Virus record (IMG/VR): IMGVR_UViG_3300010399_000031
Coordinates: 179,404-243,403 of that record
Strand: one strand, 5' to 3'
Length of the DNA stretch: 64,000 nt
Part shown: positions 8,952-16,961 of the stretch, piece by piece
Layout of the letters: the number at the start of each line of letters is the position of its first letter
How positions within the stretch are numbered: position 1 is the stretch's first letter
Notes under the pieces: model-generated
Told to the model about the DNA's origin: nothing
The model's database searches: none
Seen by the model: the letters and a program-made list of their open reading frames with translations, nothing else
Program-made: the position numbers and the translations under genes

Positions 8952-9095
8952 ATGACACTTCCAGAAGAGACAAAAGCCGATAAGGCTTGGGGGCGCTTTG
9001 CGTCGTATTTCCTCTTAATCGTAGTGATGGCATCGGCTGGGGCCTTCTTCTCGTACCAACTCGTGCAATTGTTGTATCCCAGATTTCGTTTCTAA
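8952..9095 (+). CDS. 47-aa single-TM protein (not in the ORF track)
   Basis: SD GAGGA; MTLPEETKADKAWGRFASYFLLIVVMASAGAFFSYQLVQLLYPRFRF. Confidence 0.6.
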   Translation: MTLPEETKADKAWGRFASYFLLIVVMASAGAFFSYQLVQLLYPRFRF

Positions 9096-9210
9096 GCAAT
9101 ACCTTGACCGGTTAAAAGCACACTGGCCGAAAAGGTTGGTGTGCTTTTATGCCGTCAATTGTGTGTAGACTTATTTTTTTGTCTTTAACTATACACGATT
9201 CGGGGGTGGT

Positions 9211-9663
9211 ATGGGTCTGTGGAAATTCTTTAAGCGCTTCTGGCATGACCAGATCACTACTCCGAATGGCGACATCGATGGTTCACGAGTCGGTCTACTC
9301 ATTGTCCTTATTGGTGCTGCGTACTATATCTACTTTGCCTACTACGCTATCGTCATCAAAGGGCAAGCCTGGGATCCCAGTGCCTATGGTGATGGTTTGG
9401 TGAAGGTAGGGGCGGCCCTTTTGGCAGCAGCCACTGGAGTGGGTATTAAAAGTGGTGCGGAAGTGCCGTACAACCCTACTATCGCCGCAGCTAACTTCCC
9501 CAATGACCCAGGTGTACAAGCAGCGGTAAATGGCGCTGCACAAGGGGTACAAATGACCCTCGATGGTGTGAGTAACCTTGCTCAAGACGAGCTAAACCAA
9601 GCTCAAACCTTTGCTGGCAAGCTCAAGACCGTCTGGCAAGCTATCAAGGGTATTTTCAAATAG
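9211..9663 (+). CDS. membrane protein (2 TM, possibly holin-like)
   Basis: hydrophobic segments VGLLIVLIGAAYYIYFAYY and VGAALLAAATGVG. Confidence 0.6.
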   Translation: MGLWKFFKRFWHDQITTPNGDIDGSRVGLLIVLIGAAYYIYFAYYAIVIKGQAWDPSAYGDGLVKVGAALLAAATGVGIKSGAEVPYNPTIAAANFPNDPGVQAAVNGAAQGVQMTLDGVSNLAQDELNQAQTFAGKLKTVWQAIKGIFK

Positions 9664-9672
9664 GAGGATTTC

Positions 9673-9930
9673 ATGCCGTCCAAAACACCGGAGCAAGCCA
9701 AGTTCATGCGTGCGGCTTGTCACGATAAGAAAATCGCCGATGCACACCACATCAGACATGACGTGGCGTGTGAGTTTGTCAAAGCTGACCAAGCCAAAGC
9801 GCGAAGCGAGAAGGCCAAAGCAAGCACTGGCAAACCGGCGCGCGAGAGCATGACCGTTTCCCCGAGTGCCTCGGTCTCCAGCACCGGCTATGTTCAACCG
9901 AATGGCGCGCCGCCGTTCAAAACGTTTTGA
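9673..9930 (+). CDS. small basic protein, possible head cargo
   Basis: SD AGGAGG; MPSKTPEQAKFMRA start; ARE site and C-terminal PPFKTF. Confidence 0.7.
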   Translation: MPSKTPEQAKFMRAACHDKKIADAHHIRHDVACEFVKADQAKARSEKAKASTGKPARESMTVSPSASVSSTGYVQPNGAPPFKTF

Positions 9931-10017
9931 GGTTTACATGCATCCTTTGATCCAAGGTTGGTACATGTACGATTTCATGGTACGCAGCATGTTTGCTGCG
10001 TGCTGGGGAGTCTTCTA

Positions 10018-10434
10018 ATGGCTACTCCGCAAAAAGACGTGGCTGCTCTTTACATGCCGCCACGCGGTGCGCAGATCTACGGGATGACAGGCTACACAGC
10101 GTATAACTGCACCATCGTCAGTGTACTTGCCACTGGGGTGGAAAAACCCTTGGTGAATGCATTCGTGCGAGTACCAGCAGGTAGCGGTCCCTATTCGGTG
10201 TGGGTAACAGAACAAGTACCCTATGTGGATAGCGATACCGACACATCTCTTGTTCCCCCGAATGGCGGTTACGTGGCACCAGTTGGTTTTGTCATTCCAG
10301 CACCGCCTGTTGTGGAGCCAGTCACCGATTCGAACGGTAATGTGATTTTGCCCGATCAGAACATCTGGGCTCACCCGGACACAACACCGACCACGACAAC
10401 GCTCAATTCGCCAGTCGTGTTGCCGTACACCTGA
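10018..10434 (+). CDS. hypothetical Pro/Thr-rich protein, likely virion surface
   Basis: SD GGGGAG before the ATG at 10018. Confidence 0.6.
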   Translation: MATPQKDVAALYMPPRGAQIYGMTGYTAYNCTIVSVLATGVEKPLVNAFVRVPAGSGPYSVWVTEQVPYVDSDTDTSLVPPNGGYVAPVGFVIPAPPVVEPVTDSNGNVILPDQNIWAHPDTTPTTTTLNSPVVLPYT

Positions 10435-10497
10435 TTTTCCATTCCTACTTTCCGGTAGGCTCACGTAGTCCCCTCTTCTTATCTTTTTGAGGACATC

Positions 10498-11142
10498 ATG
10501 TCTGGAACCACCACCGCAGTGAACAACTCCGCCGCGCTGTTTTTCAAACAGTTCAAAGAAACTCCCATCACCGACCTCACCAAAGCACTGTCGTGTACGA
10601 TCGTCGACGTCAAGCCTGGCGGCAAGCGTGTCGATGTGATGGTGCGTGATACCACCAACGCAAAGAACGTGGCGGGTCAGTACGTCGTGCGTAACGTGCC
10701 GTTCATTGGCGACGGCTCGCCTTCGCCGAGCGAAGGTTATTTCGTGACCCCGACGGACTACACGTTCCCGGTGGCCGCCACGCCGCCGTCGAGTGTCGCT
10801 TTCGCAGCTGGTACGGCCGGTACGTTGGCAACCGCTACGTACGGATATCGCATCTCAGCGACGGACGCTTTCGGTGAAACGCTGGCTTCGACCGAAGTCA
10901 CCGTCGATGTAACTGGTCCGAACGGGAGCGCAACGGGTACGTGGACCAATTCGACGGGCACGACCGGTATCAAGGTGTATGGTCGCACGGCAGGTTCAGA
11001 GCAACTACTGGCCACGCTTGGCGCGGTCGAAACCTGGACCGATACGGGCGCTGGTACGCCCAGTGGTGCATTGCCCACGGCCGCGTCGCACACGCCGGCA
11101 CTCGGTAGCGTGAACCAAAACGGTACGAGCGTCGCCGAGTAA
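10498..11142 (+). CDS. putative virion decoration protein with beta-sandwich (Ig/FN3-like) C-terminus
   Basis: Thr/Gly/Ala-rich; 'YGYRISATDAFGETLAS', 'GIKVYGRT', 'WTDTG'; codon usage like the capsid gene. Confidence 0.6.
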   Translation: MSGTTTAVNNSAALFFKQFKETPITDLTKALSCTIVDVKPGGKRVDVMVRDTTNAKNVAGQYVVRNVPFIGDGSPSPSEGYFVTPTDYTFPVAATPPSSVAFAAGTAGTLATATYGYRISATDAFGETLASTEVTVDVTGPNGSATGTWTNSTGTTGIKVYGRTAGSEQLLATLGAVETWTDTGAGTPSGALPTAASHTPALGSVNQNGTSVAE

Positions 11143-11174
11143 GCTTTCACGTCTTTTGCGGTACGGGGGCAATC

Positions 11175-11456
11175 ATGTTGGGCAAACGTGTAGCTACAAA
11201 AGAGGATGGGTTCTTACCCAACCTCACCGAACCCGGTAGTTATGGCCGCGCCACCGCTAAGCGAGTCCAAGGTACTTTCGCCTCATGGTGGAACGTCGTG
11301 GCTCCTGATGGTAGCGTTGTAGAGTTAAACCCGGCCATCCACCAAGTCAACGAGCACGACGACGGCACCATTACGGTGTGGCCCTCGATTGTGACTCGCT
11401 CTTGGCATGGGTGGCTTATCGGCGGTGTTTGGAAAGAGCACAGACCCAGACAGTGA
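11175..11456 (+). CDS. DUF6527-like small protein
   Basis: 'DGTITVWPSI...WHGWLIGGVW' motif. Confidence 0.55.
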   Translation: MLGKRVATKEDGFLPNLTEPGSYGRATAKRVQGTFASWWNVVAPDGSVVELNPAIHQVNEHDDGTITVWPSIVTRSWHGWLIGGVWKEHRPRQ

Positions 11457-11465
11457 TCGTGCGAG

Positions 11466-11492
11466 AGGGGAGCTTCGGCTCCCCTTTTATTT
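11466..11492 (+). terminator. intrinsic terminator
   Basis: AGGGGAGC-TTCG-GCTCCCCT + TTTATTT. Confidence 0.8.
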
Positions 11493-11508
11493 CCCTAAGA
11501 GAGTTAGC

Positions 11509-11853
11509 ATGTATAAAACTGAAAAAGGACAAGTGGTAATAGCCGGGGATTGGCGACCCTTTCGTACCGCAATTGAAAAGGCGATGAAGGAAGAGGGAAT
11601 CGAGAAAGAAGTCTCGGAAGATGGCTCAAGCTCCAGTATCCCGCAACAGATTTGGAATATTGGCTGCTTAAGTATTCTGAACTACTTGGAGGCAAAGCAA
11701 CGCCACTGTGGGGATTGTAAGAAACCACTCACAGAAGGTGAAGACATCCGTTGTCTGGATTGTAAGTGGCTCATGTGTCCGGCATGTGCTGAAAGACACT
11801 TTTGGCCTAACGACCGACCCAAGGGAGAAACACATGGGATTGCGCCAAGGTAA
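11509..11853 (+). CDS. hypothetical protein with C-terminal zinc finger
   Basis: CxxC..CxxC..CxxC..H; start reassigned to after the terminator. Confidence 0.65.
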   Translation: MYKTEKGQVVIAGDWRPFRTAIEKAMKEEGIEKEVSEDGSSSSIPQQIWNIGCLSILNYLEAKQRHCGDCKKPLTEGEDIRCLDCKWLMCPACAERHFWPNDRPKGETHGIAPR

Positions 11854-12142
11854 GACCGTCTACGAGATGCGTGAGGGTATGTTCTATTTTGAATGCCCAG
11901 GATGTAAGTACGGTCACGCTTTTTATACCAAGAACGGACCCATTTCAAATGGGGTAGAACAGAACTGGACGTTTAATGGAGATCTGGATAAGCCGACCAT
12001 ACGACCCAGTCTTGATGTATGTCGAGATGACCCGACGCATCGATGTCACTCGTGGATTACTGATGGGAAAATTACCTTCCTCGGTGATTGTTTTCACAGT
12101 TTAAAAGGGCAGACTCTCGACATACCAGAGCTTGAAGATTGA
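11834..12142 (+). CDS. DUF6527-like zinc-binding protein
   Basis: FECPGC..H, WTFNGD..KPT..PS, CHSWITDG.I.FL.DC.H.L.GQT; SD GGGAG. Confidence 0.7.
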   Translation: MGLRQGKTVYEMREGMFYFECPGCKYGHAFYTKNGPISNGVEQNWTFNGDLDKPTIRPSLDVCRDDPTHRCHSWITDGKITFLGDCFHSLKGQTLDIPELED

Positions 12143-12226
12143 GAAATGAAAAACTATACACCAAGTTTATCCTCTGAAGGGACGAACTGTTCCCATTTCA
12201 GATTTTGAAGATTAGGAGAATCAAAA

Positions 12227-12337
12227 ATGCGATACGTCCAAGTGGCAATGGAAACGAACAAAGGTACTATCGTGCTCGAACTCGATCAAGAGAAAGCACC
12301 GAAGACGGTGGAGAACTTTCTAAAGTATGTCGAGTGA
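12227..12337 (+). pseudogene. 36-aa N-terminal fragment of a cyclophilin-type PPIase
   Basis: MRYVQVAMETNKGTIVLELDQEKAPKTVENFLKYVE matches the PpiA/PpiB N-terminus; SD AGGAG; stops before the active site. Confidence 0.75.
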
Positions 12338-12347
12338 CATCATCGAG

Positions 12348-12477
12348 AGATGGTTAAAAGCCGTCCGGGAGGTTTTCCCCAATGTAGGAACGGGAGAACC
12401 TCTTCGAACCATTCAAGAGGTCCGGGTCGCGCAAAAACCCCCGGTTGTCGATTCTAAACCGACTACGGCCGTCATCT
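12348..12477 (+). ncRNA. cloverleaf-like structured RNA
   Basis: closing GCCGT/ACGGC (12360/12465); internal hairpins CCTCTT/AAGAGG, CCGGG/CCCGG and GTCG-ATTCTAAAC-CGAC; no ORF. Confidence 0.5.
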
Positions 12478-12496
12478 TACCTTTCGTGAGAAAATC

Positions 12497-12808
12497 ATGA
12501 ATACAAAGCTCGATCGTGCAATTGATGCTTTCCTCAACGTGTACGGCGACTTGGAAGGGCTGGAGCGCGCGCAATTCCACGCGATTCTGGCCGACCATTT
12601 AGCCGACGCTATCTCGGATGCAGAGAATGCGGTACAAGCCGTTGCACTCACGGAGCATCGGCGTACGCTGCATACGGTACCGACAGCGCTTGATTGTCTT
12701 GCCAAAGAAGTCGTCGCACGACAAACCAACGCAGCAGTCGAATGGTTACTCAATGCGCATAACCCTGTCGGTTCTGAATTGGAATGCGCGCGGTTTATTT
12801 CTCATTGA
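12497..12808 (+). CDS. hypothetical protein
   Basis: ORF on the coding strand. Confidence 0.65.
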   Translation: MNTKLDRAIDAFLNVYGDLEGLERAQFHAILADHLADAISDAENAVQAVALTEHRRTLHTVPTALDCLAKEVVARQTNAAVEWLLNAHNPVGSELECARFISH

Positions 12809-12829
12809 ACCGGGTAGGAAGGAGACTTA

Positions 12830-13369
12830 ATGCTCACAATCGTCGAGCATCATTCTAGCAGTTATGGTCCAAGGACGTTTCATAACGCAAAAGCTGCTGA
12901 TTTGACAGTGGCCATTGCGGTGGATTACTCCACATTTGGTGAAAAGCTCACCATGAAAGCGGCAGGCTCGCACTTTATCGCTTGTCCGTTTAAGACGGAT
13001 GCTTTAACCAATGCCAGAGAGCTTTATAAGTCGCTGTACCGCTGGCGTGCCTCAGTACTCAATGTGGCCGGTAACGGGATGTCTACGTTTGTCAAACATG
13101 ACGTAACGCAAGAACAAGTGAATCAGTACATCTTTGATATCCTCTCGACTGTGCACAAACATTACCCTCTAGCTGGGATTGTATCTGGGGGTCAAACGGG
13201 TGCCGATATTGCAGGTGCAGCCGTGGGGTACAAGTTGGGCATTGCTACGACTGTGACATTGCCCCATGGGTTTAAACAGCGCGATACAACAGGTGTCGAT
13301 AGCAACCACACTCAAAAAGAGATTCGCCAGCAGATCCTTGATTTCGCAGAGAAAATTTACGCTGCGTGA
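12830..13369 (+). CDS. YpsA/SLOG-family (putative molybdenum-carrier-like) nucleotide-binding protein
   Basis: 'YGPRTFHNAKAADLT', 'VLNVAGN', 'IVSGGQTGADIAG'. Confidence 0.75.
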   Translation: MLTIVEHHSSSYGPRTFHNAKAADLTVAIAVDYSTFGEKLTMKAAGSHFIACPFKTDALTNARELYKSLYRWRASVLNVAGNGMSTFVKHDVTQEQVNQYIFDILSTVHKHYPLAGIVSGGQTGADIAGAAVGYKLGIATTVTLPHGFKQRDTTGVDSNHTQKEIRQQILDFAEKIYAA

Positions 13370-13395
13370 AATAATGTGCGAGAAACCATTGATGC

Positions 13396-13506
13396 GCAGT
13401 GTAGAGCCAGTGTACCCAGCTGAGGGAGAGGGGTTAAGCAGCTGGGGCGACTTGACACATGCTGATGCCCTCCATCATCATCGATGTTTCTGGGTAATAC
13501 CACTGC
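13396..13506 (+). ncRNA. structured RNA, unknown
   Basis: GCAGTG/CACTGC closing stem; CCCAGCTG/CAGCTGGG; TGATG/CATCA. Confidence 0.45.
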
Positions 13507-13527
13507 ACGGCTGCGGTGCAGGCGCAT

Positions 13528-13606
13528 GGGCGAGGGGTATCCACTCCCGGACGGAGAGTCTAGACAGTATAGGCTTTGTTGGGTTCGAATCCCAACCTTG
13601 GCCTCA
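13528..13606 (+). ncRNA. tRNA-like RNA with canonical T-arm
   Basis: GTTGGG-TTCGAAT-CCCAAC T-arm; acceptor-like GGGCGAGG/CCTTGGCC; non-canonical D and anticodon arms. Confidence 0.6.
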
Positions 13607-13625
13607 GCGACAGCAGAAGGATTGT

Positions 13626-13755
13626 GAGGAAGGCTAGGGAATCGATGATCCCAGCAGCGAATACCCCGTTTGCTGCCGAGTCGTAGTAACTGATCCTCGT
13701 GATGGGACGAGGTGTTGGTTGGCTCATTGCAGGTTCAATTCCTGCCCTTAACCTC
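13626..13755 (+). ncRNA. extended tRNA-like RNA with T-arm
   Basis: GCAGG-TTCAATT-CCTGC T-arm; GAGG-AAGG/CCTT-AA-CCTC closing stem; three internal hairpins. Confidence 0.55.
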
Positions 13756-13869
13756 GTTTTCTTTAGACCACTTAAGTGGCACATTGTTGGGTCTCGCCTT
13801 CACTGTTTCACTCCTGGGCGACTGCCATGACTTGACGATGCGCCAACCTAAGTAGTTTCTTGTAGTAGA

Positions 13870-13954
13870 CCCGAGGTAGCTCAGTCTGGTAGAGCGGCGT
13901 CTGTCCGGCCGGTAAAGACGCAGGTCGGTGGTTCAAATCCATCCCGAGGGGCCA
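13870..13954 (+). tRNA. aberrant tRNA (15-nt anticodon loop, encoded CCA; isotype undetermined)
   Basis: D-arm GCTC-AGTCTGGTA-GAGC; anticodon stem GCGTC/GACGC; T-arm GGTGG-TTCAAAT-CCATC; acceptor CCCGAGG/CCGAGGG; G73-CCA. Confidence 0.8.
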
Positions 13955-14013
13955 ATTTCGATAGTATCTGTAACACCCACGGCAGAGATGCCACTTACTA
14001 GGACTAGACCATC

Positions 14014-14304
14014 ATGTTGTATTTGAAAGTAATGTCGAATGAAGATTTACCGGATACCGATCCGCTTAAGGATTTCAGCATCATTCCGATCAATAACACT
14101 GATCGATTGGTGTTTGTGAAGGACCAGTCTTATCCTGAAACGGATGTGCACTGGTGTGCGCTGATTGGTCCTCACGCAGGGTCGAACCAGGATGGATTTG
14201 ACATTCCCAGTCACGACAAAGACCGAGTGGTCCCCTTAACTGGCAACGCCTATGTTTTGAACGAGCAAGGCAAAACCATCGCCAGTCACGGTGTCGTGAA
14301 ATAA
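14014..14304 (+). CDS. hypothetical protein
   Basis: 'MLYLKVMSNE...LTGNAYVLNEQGKTI'; SD AGGA. Confidence 0.75.
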   Translation: MLYLKVMSNEDLPDTDPLKDFSIIPINNTDRLVFVKDQSYPETDVHWCALIGPHAGSNQDGFDIPSHDKDRVVPLTGNAYVLNEQGKTIASHGVVK

Positions 14305-14950
14305 AGCTGTCTGATGAGCCGTGCAAGTCGGCAGATGAGAATCCAATACACGCGATACCTCGCCGCGTGTGGATTTCGTCGGGTGCAAAGCCCACGAAAT
14401 AACGAAGATCACATCGTGTGTCTTGGAAGGACCTCACGGTGGTAGGCCAGATTGCTTAGGACGTCGATGAGCCACTTTGACCGGTGGTGTCCCGAGAGCA
14501 TCTACCTTTTAGATCTTCGTGATTACAGCGGGCGCGCGATGCGTCAAGTTGTGACCTTCTAACCGAATGGAGGAAGGACGCAGCCTGTAAGAACCTATCT
14601 GGGTGAAAGCAGACACCCGTGGACTGACCTCCACGTGAGGTAACGACTGGTCAGAATCGTTATCGAAGATTTAGGTATCTTACGGGGTGCGGAAGTTATG
14701 AATCCGAACCGATGCCTCGCCGGCATTCGCCGAGGAGGGAGTCGCTTGATTCCCTCCTCACACTAGCCTTCATCTTCCCGCAGCTTCGAGTCACACCACC
14801 ATTCGTGTTCGGCAAATCCGAGCGAGTTGGGGCAATGTGCCTAGGCTGCGGGAAGATGTGGGTTGGTCGACCTTGCATCGATGCGCTTTGAGTTGATGGG
14901 TCATGGGAAGAGGGGCGGGGGAGGGCTAAAGCTCTCCCCCAATCCTTATT
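14305..14950 (+). ncRNA. large structured ncRNA (about 640 nt), class unknown
   Basis: many nested helices, a 14-bp perfect stem (14771-14784/14845-14858) and a candidate kissing loop CTGACC/GGTCAG; ends in hairpin 14917-14940. Confidence 0.7.
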
Positions 14951-14980
14951 TATGCCGGAAAAAAAGGATGAGATAAGAAA

Positions 14981-15436
14981 ATGAAATACTGGATTGATGC
15001 AGAATTCAACTCATACGGGGGTCAGTTGATTTCCCTTGGAATGGTGCGTGAAGACAATGAAAGTCTTTACCTGGTGTATAACCGACCGATGCACATTCAT
15101 CCCTGGGTGAAAGAGCATGTGATGCCGTATTTGGATTCAGTGCCAGATCATATTTCGATTCATCGGATCTTTCCCTCCAATTCAGCTAAGTACATCGAGA
15201 AGTTTATGGCGAGTGATGACAATCCTATCGTTATCACCGATTGGCCTGATGATATCTCGTTTTTCAGTGAGCTTCTTCTGACGGGGCCGGGCACGATGAT
15301 CAACATTCCACGGATATCATTTCGCATGCATCGTATAGATGCTTACCCCACGAAAGTCGAAGGTGCGGTGCAGCACAACGCCTGGTGGGATGCCGTGGCT
15401 CTGAAAGCTAAGTGCGAGGAGCTTGGCTTGGAATAA
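14981..15436 (+). CDS. DEDDh 3'-5' exoribonuclease (Rv2179c/RNase AS-like)
   Basis: IDAEFN..GG.LISLG (ExoI), WPDD (ExoII), HNAWWDA (ExoIII). Confidence 0.8.
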   Translation: MKYWIDAEFNSYGGQLISLGMVREDNESLYLVYNRPMHIHPWVKEHVMPYLDSVPDHISIHRIFPSNSAKYIEKFMASDDNPIVITDWPDDISFFSELLLTGPGTMINIPRISFRMHRIDAYPTKVEGAVQHNAWWDAVALKAKCEELGLE

Positions 15437-15463
15437 AGTAAAAAATACACCACTTTCTATTAT

Positions 15464-16020
15464 ATGCGAGAGTGCTCCGCCACAGTGGACGTCCGCCTTA
15501 ACGCTTTCTCCTTTCTGGCGTTTTAGGTCGATGACTGCAATGTTGTATCGATTGGTCGAGCACAATTTTCGCAAGCCGGAGTCGTTGTCCGGACGCGCTA
15601 ACTTTCCGTGTAGGCGCGAGAGCCTGGTTTCCGACACTTACTGGGATAGCGCCCGGCGTCGGATAAACGGAGCGGGTGGAGCTACGCTAGGCTCCATCAA
15701 GTTGTACGCATGAGTGACAGGTCGACGGCCACCCAGGAGTTCTGGTAGCCTGATAGATCGACCACCTACGGGACGCGGAGGTGCTTCCTCCAGAACACCG
15801 GTTCGCGCATCCCGACTCGTTCACTCACTGAGCGCGCAGCCTGCAATGCTGTTAGGACTGAATTCGAATAGGTCTTGATAGCATTGTGGGATGCTCGTTC
15901 GAAACGCAGATCCGCTAGTCGATTCACCAAACGACTCCACGCGCTAGGGAATTGACAATCGAACTAGGGTTTTGCTTTCGCGCATCGGTGTGGTAGGGGT
16001 GGCTTCGGCCACCCCGCTAT
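15464..16020 (+). ncRNA. large structured ncRNA (about 560 nt), class unknown
   Basis: 20-bp G-U-rich hairpin 15840-15890; long-range GGAGTCGTT/AACGACTCC; multiple stems; ends at GGGGTGGC-TTCG-GCCACCCC. Confidence 0.7.
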
Positions 16021-16049
16021 GCCGTCGTTTAAATGACTTAGGGACCATC

Positions 16050-16526
16050 ATGGACTTTCTCTACCACGGCTCAGCCTTTAAACAAGACGAATTGAAACCT
16101 GGCTTTCACCACACCGGTAAGAAAGTCAATTGGGATCAAACGGAAGCGAACATCTGGCTTTACGCCACTACGCTCCGAGAAGAAGCTATTAGCCTAGGTT
16201 TTGCTTCAGCAGTGGAAAAGCAGTACGATGTGAAGCGCTACCACACGGAAGGCAAAGACATTCACTTCGATGTAAGAAAGGGCGAGACACTCAAACCACA
16301 TGAGCTGAACGAAATCAAAGTTTATCTGTACACGATACAGTATGATAAACGTGATGGCTGGGTGAAAGTGAACAACCAGTTTAACGGGATTGACCAAGAG
16401 TACAAGACCACCCATGTCATCAAAGAGAACCTCTTTAAACGAGAGGAAATCAATGTTGAGCAATGGTTGAAAGACAAGAACTTAACCATCGCTACTGAGA
16501 GTATGCCGATCTGGGCAAAGTGGTAA
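16050..16526 (+). CDS. hypothetical protein, probable head cargo
   Basis: MDFLYHGS start; C-terminal ATE site and PIWAKW tail. Confidence 0.75.
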   Translation: MDFLYHGSAFKQDELKPGFHHTGKKVNWDQTEANIWLYATTLREEAISLGFASAVEKQYDVKRYHTEGKDIHFDVRKGETLKPHELNEIKVYLYTIQYDKRDGWVKVNNQFNGIDQEYKTTHVIKENLFKREEINVEQWLKDKNLTIATESMPIWAKW

Positions 16527-16636
16527 TGTAGATTATCTTGGTTATATATAACAGGAATGATGAAGCAAGGACTTCTTTTAGGGGCTGTCCATTTGGACAG
16601 CCTTTATGCCCTTAATTGGTAAAAGGAAGAATCACC

Positions 16637-16948
16637 ATGATCACTGAGTTTACTAGCGCTGATGAATTGGCTTGCGACCATGACAAAGCGGTCGCTTACT
16701 TGACTCCCCGCCAGACGGATCTGGAGAAATTCATGAAATCCATGAAATGGGAAGTTCGGAACACCTTCTCAATCCAGGCCGATGTCTATGGCAATCAGAT
16801 CGTGCATGAACTGAAGCCCCGCCAGTTGCACAGCTTCCCAGTGTGGGGGGAACTGTTCTGGAAGCCCGGTGCTTCTAAAATAGAAGAGCCCGTCATATTC
16901 CACTCGTTCGAAAACTTCGCGGCTTTTGTGATGGCGAAATGGTGGTAA
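16637..16948 (+). CDS. hypothetical protein
   Basis: SD AAGGA. Confidence 0.7.
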   Translation: MITEFTSADELACDHDKAVAYLTPRQTDLEKFMKSMKWEVRNTFSIQADVYGNQIVHELKPRQLHSFPVWGELFWKPGASKIEEPVIFHSFENFAAFVMAKWW

Positions 16949-16961
16949 TCAGGAGATCGAA

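Noticed and set aside
14311-14400. Hammerhead ribozyme (CTGATGAG ... CGAAA)
   Set aside because: Could not build stems I and III with a cleavage triplet around the core; treated as part of the larger RNA.
13266-15713. ORFs 13266-13637, 14090-14437, 14696-14878, 15317-15637 and 15423-15713
   Set aside because: No convincing SD, atypical composition, and they overlap structured RNA elements or better-supported genes.
14305-16020. tmRNA, RNase P RNA or group I/II intron identity for the large RNAs
   Set aside because: No tmRNA tRNA-like ends, no GAGGAAAGTCC RNase P motif, no complete domain V, and no interrupted host gene recognised.
16004-16022. Self-target of array unit 1 (predicted AACGGCCAC+CCGCTATAC versus genomic TTCGGCCAC-C-CCGCTATGC)
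   Set aside because: Needs 3 mismatches plus a 1-nt gap, which is plausible by chance given the number of spacers and configurations; I could not search the window exhaustively by eye.
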